Source of the DNA: an uncultured Oscillospiraceae bacterium | Lineage (GTDB): Bacteria; Bacillota; Clostridia; Oscillospirales; Oscillospiraceae | Length of the DNA: 64,000 nt | Direction: 5' to 3' | NCBI GenBank assembly: GCA_944387635.1 | Contig: CALXFT010000002.1 | Location: forward strand, 8,619-72,618 | Part shown: piece after piece, positions 1 to 8,038 of the stretch | Layout of the letters: each line of letters opens with the position of its first letter | Position numbering within the stretch: position 1 is the first letter of the stretch | Program-made: the position numbers and the translations under genes | Notes under the pieces: generated by a model | Database searches by the model: none | Seen by the model: only the letters and a program-made list of their open reading frames with translations | Told to the model about the DNA's origin: nothing

Positions 1-2
1 TT

Positions 3-1499
3 CGGCTGGTCATCGTGGGGGCAGCGTTCATCGTACAGATGCTGTGGCTGTTTTACGCGGCGCTGGCGCTGAACACCTATTCCGTCTGGATCAATCTGCT
101 GACCACCGTGGTGAGCCTGGTGGTGGTGGTTCGGCTGCACAGCAAATATGCCAGTCCCGCCATGCGCATGTCCTGGATTATGCTAATCCTGGCCTTCCCG
201 GTGATGGGACTGGGCATGTATCTGCTCTTCGTGATCCTGGGGGACCCCGGCGTGGGCAAGGAGCTGGAACGGGTCCGGGAGCGGATGCGGGGGCAGCTGC
301 GGCAGGATGCCGGGACCATGGAGCGCCTGGAAAGCAGGGACCTGTCCATCGCCAATCAGAGCCGGTATCTGTGGAACACCGCCCGGTGGCCGGTATATGA
401 GGACACGAAGGTGGACTACTACAGCCAGGGCGTGCAGGCCTTCGAGGCCATGAAAGCGGACCTGGAGAAGGCGGAGTCCTTTATTTTTATGGAGTACTTC
501 ATTGTGGAGGACAGTTCCTCCTTCCGGGAGCTGGAGCAGATCCTGGTCCGGAAGGCCCGGCAGGGGGTGCAGGTCCGGCTGCTGTATGACGACATCGGCA
601 GCGCGGGCTATGTGAATATGGCCTTTGCCCGCCGCCTGAACGAAGAGGGAATCCGGTGCCACGCCTTCAATCCGGCCATGCCCATGCTGAACCTGTTCCT
701 GAACCATCGGGACCACCGGAAGGTGACGGTGATCGACGGAAAGGTGGGCTTCACCGGGGGCTACAACCTGGCCGACGCCTACTTTGACCGGACCCATCCC
801 CATGGACAGTGGAAGGATACGGGCCTTCGGCTGGAGGGACGGGCGGTGAGAAGCCTGACGGCCATTTTCCTGGAGCTCTGGGGGGTGATCAGCCGGAAGG
901 AGCAGGAAGATGTGTCCGTGTACTTAAGCGTGGAGCACGAGGCCAAGGCGCCGGGGTTTGTCCAGCCCTTCGCGGACAATCCCCTGGGAAAGGACAGAGT
1001 CGCCGAGGACGTGTATCTGAACCTGGCTTTCCAGGCGAATCAGAGCCTGTACTTTATGACCCCCTATCTCATCATCACCGACGAGATGATCCGGACCCTG
1101 GGCCTGGCGGCGAAGCGGGGGGTGGATGTGCGAATCATCACCCCGGGGGTGCCGGACAAGAAGACGGTCTTCGCCGTGACCCGGTCCTACTATGCGGGGC
1201 TGACCCGGCAGGGGGTGCGGATCTACGAGTTCACCCCCGGTTTCTGCCATGCCAAGATGTGCATCTGCGACGGAAAGGTTGCCACGGTGGGTACGTCCAA
1301 CCTGGACTTCCGGAGCCTGTACCATCACTTCGAGAACAATGTGCTCCTGACCGGCTGCGAGGCCGTGGAGGAGGTGGCCCGGGACTTTGAGGAAATGTTC
1401 CCCCAGTGCCAGGAAGTGACCCAGAAGTACAGCACCGGCCGGGGCGCGGCCCTGCGGATCTGGCAGTGCATCCTCAGACTGTTCGCTCCGCTGCTGTGA
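3..1499 (+). CDS. cls: Cardiolipin synthase (PLD family), 5' partial
   Basis: Two HKD motifs (DHRKVTVIDGK, CHAKMCICDGK) and N-terminal TM helices; the frame is open to the window edge. Confidence 0.92.
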   Translation, partial: RLVIVGAAFIVQMLWLFYAALALNTYSVWINLLTTVVSLVVVVRLHSKYASPAMRMSWIMLILAFPVMGLGMYLLFVILGDPGVGKELERVRERMRGQLRQDAGTMERLESRDLSIANQSRYLWNTARWPVYEDTKVDYYSQGVQAFEAMKADLEKAESFIFMEYFIVEDSSSFRELEQILVRKARQGVQVRLLYDDIGSAGYVNMAFARRLNEEGIRCHAFNPAMPMLNLFLNHRDHRKVTVIDGKVGFTGGYNLADAYFDRTHPHGQWKDTGLRLEGRAVRSLTAIFLELWGVISRKEQEDVSVYLSVEHEAKAPGFVQPFADNPLGKDRVAEDVYLNLAFQANQSLYFMTPYLIITDEMIRTLGLAAKRGVDVRIITPGVPDKKTVFAVTRSYYAGLTRQGVRIYEFTPGFCHAKMCICDGKVATVGTSNLDFRSLYHHFENNVLLTGCEAVEEVARDFEEMFPQCQEVTQKYSTGRGAALRIWQCILRLFAPLL

Positions 1500-1532
1500 A
1501 TGCTCCGGATCTTGGAGAAGATACGCGCCATG

Positions 1533-1564
1533 CCGCCCCCTCCCACGCCGGAGGGGGCGGTTTT
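1533..1564 (+). terminator. Intrinsic terminator of cls
   Basis: CCGCCCCCTCC-cacgcc-GGAGGGGGCGG followed by TTTT. Confidence 0.8.
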
Positions 1565-1744
1565 CCGGAATTCGAAACGCAACTTCACGGGAACTTAATA
1601 TTTGCTCACTTTTTTCCTTAATAATTTCGGGGTACAATATAGAAAAAGAATCAAAGGAACCAGGGCGAATCCAAACCGGCCCGATGATATAAATTTGCTT
1701 TCTTCTTCATCTTTTTCATTTTTTTCCTCTCCTCTTTTCTTGTT

Positions 1745-1775
1745 GCAAAAACCGCGGCTCAGCCGCGGTTTTTGC
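1745..1775. terminator. Bidirectional intrinsic terminator downstream of ade
   Basis: Perfect inverted repeat GCAAAAACCGCGGCT-c-AGCCGCGGTTTTTGC with a U-tract on both strands. Confidence 0.85.
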
Positions 1776-1830
1776 GTTTCCCGGAAAGCGGAAAAGCCGG
1801 CCCCGGAGACGGTCCGTGGCCGGCGCATCA

Positions 1831-3564
1831 TTAAATATACTGCTGGGTGTTTACGTCGATGACGCCCCGGGTGGTCAGACGAAGGGTGGGGATCACAGGC
1901 AGGCTCATGAAGGACAGGGTCATAAAGGGGTCCACGTCCTCTTTGACGCCCAGGCTGTGGGCCGCGGCCTTGGCGGACTCCAGCAGGTCGTTGACCCGGC
2001 GCAGGGGCTGCTCGCTCATGAGACCGGCGATCTCCAGGGGCAGCTCCGCCAGAACCTTGCCGTCCCGGACCACCACAATGCCGCCCTTGTTGGCGGCGAT
2101 CCGGTTGGCGGCGAAGGCCATGTCCGCGTCGTTTTCGCCTACGCAGATGATGTTGTGGCTGTCATGGGCCACGGAGGTGGCCACGGCGCCGGCTTTCAGG
2201 CCGTAGCCCTTCAGATAGCCGATGCCGATGTGGCGGGTGTTTTTGTGCCGCTCAATGACGGCCATTTTCAGAATGTCCTGGTTCCGATCCACCTGACTGG
2301 CGTAGCCGCAGTCCGTGGTGATGATCTGGCCCGGAACCATGCCGATGACCCCCCGGGGGCGGGTGTTGGCAAAATCTCCGGCAGACAGGGTCGGCAGGTG
2401 GAAGGTGTCGAGGGACTTTCGCTCCAGATGCTCCGGCAGCTGGGGCGCGGGGAAGTCCGCCACCCGGCCCCGGTCATAGACCAGCTGTCCCTTTTTGTAC
2501 ACCGTGACCACCCGGAAGTCCTTCAGGTCCTCCACAATGGCAAAGTCCGCCAGGTAGCCGGGGGCAATGGCACCCCGGTTGTTCAGCAGATAGTACCGGG
2601 CGGCGTGATGGCAGGCCACCTGAACCGTGCGGATGGGGTCCGCCCCCATGGCCACGGCCCGGCGGCAGATATAGTCGATGTGGCCCTTTTCCAGCAGGTC
2701 GCTGGGGTGCTTGTCGTCGGTGCAGAACATGCACCGGCTGAAGTGCCGTTCCGACCGGATCAGAGGCATGAGGGCCTCCAGGTTTTTCGCGGCGGTACCC
2801 TCCCGGATCATGATGAACTGGCCCAGCATCAGCTTGGCCATGGCGTCGTCCAGGTCCGCGCACTCGTGGTCGGAGTAGACCCCGGCGCAGATGTAGGCGT
2901 TCAGATCCAGGCCGGTCAGGCCGGGGGCGTGGCCGTCGATTTTTTTGTGATGGGCCTGGGCGGTGACGATCTTGGCCACCGTGTCCCGGTCCGCGGCGAT
3001 GACTCCGGGGTAGTTCATCATCTCCGCCAGCCCCTGGACCCGGGGGTGCTGGAAGAAGCTGTCAATGTCCCGGTAGTCCAGATTGGCTCCGCTCTCGTCC
3101 ATGGGGGAGGCGGGAACGCAGGAGGGGATCATGAACCGCACGTCCACAGGCAGATCCTCGGTGGCGGCCAGCATATACTCGATGCCGTCGGTACCCATGA
3201 CGTTGGCGATTTCATGGGGGTCGGCCACCACGGTGGTGGTGCCGTGGGGAATCACGGCCCGGGCAAACTCCGCCGGGGTCACCAGGCTGGACTCCAGGTG
3301 GATGTGGGCATCGATGAAGCCGGGACAGACGACCTTTCCGGTCATGTCCGCTTCCTCCTTGCCTGAGTAGGAGCCCATGCCCACGATGAGGCCCTCCGCC
3401 ACGGCAATGTCACAGGTGTCCAGTTCTCCGGAAAAGACGTTGACATAGGTGGCGTTTTTCAGAACCAGGTCTGCCTTCTCCCGGCCGGCGGCCACGTCGA
3501 TGATGTGCAGTTTTTTAATCAGCTTCCGGTTGATCTTGCCGGACCAGCTTTCTGTGTATGCCAT
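1831..3564 (-). CDS. ade: Adenine deaminase
   Basis: Amidohydrolase motifs GFIDAHIHLES, DPHEIANV, DGHAPG, DHEC, CTDDKHP, SVAHDSHN; AAAGGA RBS upstream of ATG 3564. Confidence 0.93.
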   Translation of the reverse strand: MAYTESWSGKINRKLIKKLHIIDVAAGREKADLVLKNATYVNVFSGELDTCDIAVAEGLIVGMGSYSGKEEADMTGKVVCPGFIDAHIHLESSLVTPAEFARAVIPHGTTTVVADPHEIANVMGTDGIEYMLAATEDLPVDVRFMIPSCVPASPMDESGANLDYRDIDSFFQHPRVQGLAEMMNYPGVIAADRDTVAKIVTAQAHHKKIDGHAPGLTGLDLNAYICAGVYSDHECADLDDAMAKLMLGQFIMIREGTAAKNLEALMPLIRSERHFSRCMFCTDDKHPSDLLEKGHIDYICRRAVAMGADPIRTVQVACHHAARYYLLNNRGAIAPGYLADFAIVEDLKDFRVVTVYKKGQLVYDRGRVADFPAPQLPEHLERKSLDTFHLPTLSAGDFANTRPRGVIGMVPGQIITTDCGYASQVDRNQDILKMAVIERHKNTRHIGIGYLKGYGLKAGAVATSVAHDSHNIICVGENDADMAFAANRIAANKGGIVVVRDGKVLAELPLEIAGLMSEQPLRRVNDLLESAKAAAHSLGVKEDVDPFMTLSFMSLPVIPTLRLTTRGVIDVNTQQYI

Positions 3565-3619
3565 GATACCCATCCTTTCTTTTGCGGTGTTTCAGGATCT
3601 GCCAACAACGGCTGACGCA

Positions 3620-3642
3620 GGTATATTAACTTGTAATATACC
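3620..3642. promoter_or_regulatory. Operator-like palindrome overlapping the ade -10/+1
   Basis: GGTATATTA-acttg-TAATATACC, perfect 9-bp arms. Confidence 0.55.
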
Positions 3643-3663
3643 ATAATTTCCAAATTCTGTAAA
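3635..3663 (-). promoter_or_regulatory. SigA promoter for ade
   Basis: Minus strand TTTACA-17-TATATT with a TGn extension. Confidence 0.7.
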
Positions 3664-3706
3664 GGCTTATCCGCCCGGATTCCGGGAAAACGGCGGAAAA
3701 TCGGAC

Positions 3707-3734
3707 TTGCAAAAGCATACAAAGCTGTTATAAT
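3707..3734 (+). promoter_or_regulatory. SigA promoter for the ktrB operon
   Basis: TTGCAA-16-TATAAT with TGn. Confidence 0.7.
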
Positions 3735-3918
3735 AATATAGTATCTGTTAAACTGGCCTGGTTATACGGTCTTCGCCCCGGCTTTCCGGGACGGGCCGAA
3801 AAAACGGTCCGGTTTCCCATTGCCGGGGCCGAATGCCAGGGTTTTCCAGGTGTTCCCGGGTCCGTTTCCGGCATGCTATTCCCATCAGGACATTCCGGCC
3901 GGAAAGGAGAAACGATCT

Positions 3919-5298
3919 ATGCATTGGAAACACAGGATCATCTCCTGGTGGCTGCGCCGGCGGCCCAGGGCTCTGAGTCCTGCCAGGGTCATCGCCCTGG
4001 TCTTCGCCTGCATCATCCTCCTGGGAGCGGGGCTGCTGACCCTGCCTGCCGCGCCCCGGGGCGGGGTCTCCTGCGGATTCCTTCCGGCTTTGTTTACCGC
4101 CACCTCCGCCACCTGCGTCACCGGCCTGGTGCTCTTTGATACCTGGAGTCAGTGGAGCGGCTTCGGCCAGGTGGTAATCATCTGCCTGATCCAGACCGGC
4201 GGACTGGGCTTCATGTCCGCCGCTACCTTATTTATCTTTTTGACCCGCAAGCGCATCGGCCTGAAGCAGCGGCTGGTCATGGCCCAGGCCCTGAGCCTGA
4301 ACGACATCGAAGGGGTGGTCCGGCTCCAGAAGACAGTGCTCATCGGCAGCTTTGCCGTGGAGGCCCTGGGGGCCGCTGTTCTGACGGTGCATTTCTGGCT
4401 GGAGTGGGGATTCGCCCAGGCTCTGAAGTGGGGCCTGTTTCATTCCATCTCCGCCTTCTGCAACGCCGGATTTGACATCTTCGGCTCCATTACCCCTGGG
4501 GCAAGCCTTCTGGAATTTCAGTCTGATCCGGTGGTCCTGCTGACCTTGGGCGCTCTGGTGGTCACCGGCGGCCTGGGCTTCCTGGTCTGGCAGGAGCTGG
4601 CGGAAAAGCGGCGCTTTCGCAAGTGCAGCGTCTACACCCGCCTGGTGATCCTGACCACGCTGATCCTGATTCTGGCGGGCTGGGTCCTGACCTGCCTGCT
4701 GGAGTGGAACAATCCCCGGACCCTGGGCAGCCTGAGTACGGGGGATAAGCTCCTGGGCGGCCTGTTCCAGTCCGTGACCCTGCGGACCGCCGGATTCGCC
4801 GCCATGGACCAGGCGGAACTGACCGAGGCGGGGAAGGCTGTGGCCATGGTCCTGATGTTCATCGGCGGCTCCTCCGGCTCCACGGCCGGCGGATTGAAGA
4901 CCGTGACCTTTGTGGCGCTGGTGCTGTTCATTGCCGCCCGGGCCAGAGGCCGCGGCACCGTCTGCGTCTTCAAGCGGACCATTCCCCAGGGACAGGTTCT
5001 GGACGCCATGACCATTGCCATAGTCATGCTGATCCTTGCGGTGTTCGGCGGCGTTTTCATCAGCGCCACGTCCCCTGTGAGCTTTGCGGACGCCTTGTAC
5101 GAGGCGATCTCCGCCCTGGGTACCGTAGGCCTGACGGCGGGAGTCACCGGAAGCCTGAGCCTTCCGGCGAAGATCCTCATCATTGTGTATATGTATTTCG
5201 GACGGGTGGGCATTCTGACCATCAGCCTGGGCTTCCTGACCGGAGACCGGGCGGAGGAGCGGTTCCGCTATGCCCAGACCAATCTGCTCATCGGATAG
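3919..5298 (+). CDS. ktrB: Ktr/Trk K+ uptake membrane subunit
   Basis: Four pore-loop Gly motifs (SATCVTGL, SAFCNAGF, TLRTAGF, SALGTVGL) and GGSSGSTAGGLK; RBS GAAAGGAG. Confidence 0.9.
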   Translation: MHWKHRIISWWLRRRPRALSPARVIALVFACIILLGAGLLTLPAAPRGGVSCGFLPALFTATSATCVTGLVLFDTWSQWSGFGQVVIICLIQTGGLGFMSAATLFIFLTRKRIGLKQRLVMAQALSLNDIEGVVRLQKTVLIGSFAVEALGAAVLTVHFWLEWGFAQALKWGLFHSISAFCNAGFDIFGSITPGASLLEFQSDPVVLLTLGALVVTGGLGFLVWQELAEKRRFRKCSVYTRLVILTTLILILAGWVLTCLLEWNNPRTLGSLSTGDKLLGGLFQSVTLRTAGFAAMDQAELTEAGKAVAMVLMFIGGSSGSTAGGLKTVTFVALVLFIAARARGRGTVCVFKRTIPQGQVLDAMTIAIVMLILAVFGGVFISATSPVSFADALYEAISALGTVGLTAGVTGSLSLPAKILIIVYMYFGRVGILTISLGFLTGDRAEERFRYAQTNLLIG

Positions 5299-5311
5299 GA
5301 GCCATGTTGAT

Positions 5312-5959
5312 ATGAAAACGTATCTTGTCATCGGTTTGGGGCGGTTTGGGTCCGCCCTGGCCAAGCAGCTGTGCGACCTCGGCGCGGAGGTCCTGGCCAT
5401 GGATGTGCGGACCGATCTGGTCCAGGCTTTGGCGCAGGATGTGACCCATGCCGTGGTGGGCGATGCCCAGGACAAGGAGGTCCTGCGCAGCCTCGGAGCC
5501 AAAAACTTTGACTGCGCCGTCATTGCCATCGGCGCCGATCTGGCGGCGTCGGTTTTGGTGACCATGAACCTTCAGGAGCTGGGCGCTCCCTATATTGTCT
5601 GCAAGGCCCACGACGAGACCCACCGCCGGGTGCTCAAAAAGCTGGGGGTGGACCGGGTGGTCATCCCCGAGCAGGAGCACGCCCAGCGGCTGGGCCGGAG
5701 CCTGTTCTCCCACAATGTGCTCGACTACATTGAACTGTCTGAGGACTACGGCATTCTGGAGATCCCGGCCCCCGGAAGCTGGGTGGGCAAGAGCCTGAAG
5801 GAGCTGAACATACGGGCCAAGCTGGGCGTGAACATCATTGCCGTGGAGAATGAGAAGAAGACCAATGTCTCCCCTGCCGCCGACTACCGGATGCGGTCCG
5901 GAGATCTGCTGGTGGTTCTGGGTGAGAACTATGCCCTGGAGGCGGTGCAGAAGCTGTGA
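5312..5959 (+). CDS. ktrA: Ktr/Trk RCK regulatory subunit
   Basis: VIGLGRFG Rossmann motif plus TrkA-C domain; adjacent to ktrB. Confidence 0.9.
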   Translation: MKTYLVIGLGRFGSALAKQLCDLGAEVLAMDVRTDLVQALAQDVTHAVVGDAQDKEVLRSLGAKNFDCAVIAIGADLAASVLVTMNLQELGAPYIVCKAHDETHRRVLKKLGVDRVVIPEQEHAQRLGRSLFSHNVLDYIELSEDYGILEIPAPGSWVGKSLKELNIRAKLGVNIIAVENEKKTNVSPAADYRMRSGDLLVVLGENYALEAVQKL

Positions 5960-6708
5960 TGGAACAGAGAATCACTTCCCGAAAAAACCCCCTGCTTCAG
6001 CAGGTGAAAAAACTGCTCTCCTCCCGGAAGGCCAGAACCGAAGCGGGGCTCTTTGCCGCCGACGGTGTGAAGCTGCTCCAGGAGGCGACGCGCTACTGTC
6101 CGGGGCTGGATACGGTGATCCTGTCCGACGGGGTCCAGGCGGAGGTCCCGGACCATGTGCGGCTGATTCGGGTGCCGCCGGACGTGATGGCCTCCCTGTC
6201 TCCCATGGAGAGCCCCCAGGGGGCTCTGTTTCTGTGCAGGCTGCCCCAGCCCAAGCCCTTCGAGGCCCGCGGGGGCATGCTCCTGCTGGACGGCATCCAG
6301 GACCCGGGGAACCTGGGGACCATCCTGCGCACCGCCGACGCCCTGGACGTTCCCGTGACTCTGCTGGAGGGCTGCGCCGATCCCTACAGCCATAAGGTGG
6401 TCCGCGCCAGCATGGGCGCGGTATTCCGAAAGGATGTGATCCAGTCGGACTGGAAGACGGTGCAGGCCGCCTGCGCGGGGGCGGGGATCCCGGTGGCCGT
6501 TACGGCCATGAGCGGCCAGGCACGGGACATCCGGCAGGTGAGGACGGCGGACATGGCCGTGGTCATCGGCAGCGAGGGCCAGGGCGTCCGCAGGACCATC
6601 CTGGACAGCGCGGAACAAGAACTGATCATCCCCATGAATCCCCACTGTGAATCCCTGAATGCCGCTGTGGCGGCGGCCATTGTCATGTGGCAGATGAGGA
6701 ATCCGTAA
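5959..6708 (+). CDS. TrmH/SpoU-family RNA 2'-O-methyltransferase
   Basis: LDGIQDPGNLGTILRTA, VIGSEGQG and ESLNAAVAA SPOUT motifs; TGATG coupling with ktrA. Confidence 0.9.
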   Translation: MEQRITSRKNPLLQQVKKLLSSRKARTEAGLFAADGVKLLQEATRYCPGLDTVILSDGVQAEVPDHVRLIRVPPDVMASLSPMESPQGALFLCRLPQPKPFEARGGMLLLDGIQDPGNLGTILRTADALDVPVTLLEGCADPYSHKVVRASMGAVFRKDVIQSDWKTVQAACAGAGIPVAVTAMSGQARDIRQVRTADMAVVIGSEGQGVRRTILDSAEQELIIPMNPHCESLNAAVAAAIVMWQMRNP

Positions 6709-6746
6709 GACATTTCATTGCCGAGAGATAGAAAAGGGGCGAGAGT

Positions 6747-7991
6747 ATGCTGCTGCACTGGATCTGGCTGGCCCACCGGCCGGGGGTGTATGACCGGGAA
6801 AAGGCGCTTCTGCTGCGGAGCTTCCGGGACCCGGAGGAGGTTTTCTACGCGGACCGGGAGGCCCTGGACTACATAGAGGGCTTGCGGGACAGCGCCCGGG
6901 AGAGCCTTCAGAACAGGGATCTGGAGCCGGCCCGGAAGATTCTGGCCGACTGCGAGCGGGAAAAGCTGCATATTCTGACCTATCAGGACGCGGCCTATCC
7001 GCCCCTGCTGAAAAATATCGCGGATCCGCCTCTGGTACTGTACTATAAGGGCCAGATGCCGGACTTCGGCGCCACCGCCGCCGTAGCGGTGGTGGGTACC
7101 CGGAAGGCCTCCGCCTACGGCCTGACCACGGCCAAGCGCATGGGCTATCAGATCGCCCGCTGCGGCGGACTCCTGGTCTCCGGCATGGCGGCGGGCATCG
7201 ATGCCGAGGCCATGAGCGGGGCTCTGTCCGCCGGGGGCGCGGCGGTGGGCGTCCTGGGCTGCGGCGCGGATGTGGTCTATCCCAAAGCCAACTGGCCGCT
7301 GTACCGGGATGTGGAAGCCCACGGCTGCATCTTCAGCGAGTTCGCTCCGGGGACGCCGCCGGCCAAGTGGACCTTTCCCAAGCGGAACCGGGTCATCAGC
7401 GGCATGTGCCACGGGGTGCTGGTGGTGGAAGCGCCGGAAAGGAGCGGCGCCCTGATCACGGCCAACCAGGCGGCGGAGCAGGGCAGGGATGTATTCGTTG
7501 TGCCTGGGAACATTGACCAGGCCAGCTGCGTGGGCAGCAACCGGCTGCTGCGGGACGGGGCCGTGGTGGTCTCCTCCGGCTGGGATATTTTAAGCGAATA
7601 CGCGGCCCGGTATCCGGATAAGATTCGCAGGGACGAGATCCGGCCGAAGCAGACCGCCCGGGAACAGGCCGGCCGGGAGGAGGAAAAGTCCCGGCCAAAA
7701 CCGGCCCAAACGGCGGACGATTCCAAAAAAAGTTCAGGTCTTAAGAAAAAATTAGACCCAAAAACCATTGACAAGAAGGCCTCCGGGCCGTATAGTGACG
7801 TAAACGCGTCTTTCACCGGCGACGAAAAGCTGGTGGTGGACGCGCTGAAAAACGGGGAGCGTCAGGTCGATCAGGTGATCGCCGAAACCGGCATGACCAC
7901 CGGAAGGCTCCTGGCCGCGCTGACCATTCTGGAGCTCAAGGGCGTGGTCCGGCGTCTGCCGGGCAAGCGCATCGCCCTGCGTCAGGGCTGA
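6747..7991 (+). CDS. dprA: DNA-processing protein DprA
   Basis: VAVVGTRKAS, VSGMAAGID, FPKRNRVISG, SGALITA; C-terminal winged helix. Confidence 0.93.
   Translation: MLLHWIWLAHRPGVYDREKALLLRSFRDPEEVFYADREALDYIEGLRDSARESLQNRDLEPARKILADCEREKLHILTYQDAAYPPLLKNIADPPLVLYYKGQMPDFGATAAVAVVGTRKASAYGLTTAKRMGYQIARCGGLLVSGMAAGIDAEAMSGALSAGGAAVGVLGCGADVVYPKANWPLYRDVEAHGCIFSEFAPGTPPAKWTFPKRNRVISGMCHGVLVVEAPERSGALITANQAAEQGRDVFVVPGNIDQASCVGSNRLLRDGAVVVSSGWDILSEYAARYPDKIRRDEIRPKQTAREQAGREEEKSRPKPAQTADDSKKSSGLKKKLDPKTIDKKASGPYSDVNASFTGDEKLVVDALKNGERQVDQVIAETGMTTGRLLAALTILELKGVVRRLPGKRIALRQG
7768..7796 (+). promoter_or_regulatory. Internal SigA promoter inside dprA, probably for topA-trmFO-plsX-rnc
   Basis: TTGACA-17-TATAGT in an AT-richer patch of the dprA linker. 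Confidence 0.75.
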
Positions 7992-8038
7992 GCCCCTCCC
8001 TCAAGCAGTGAATTCATGGAAACGGAGAACATTGATAC

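Noticed and set aside
1595-1831. 78-aa minus-strand ORF downstream of ade
   Set aside because: It runs through the terminator hairpin, starts on the ade stop codon without an RBS, and has no recognisable motif.
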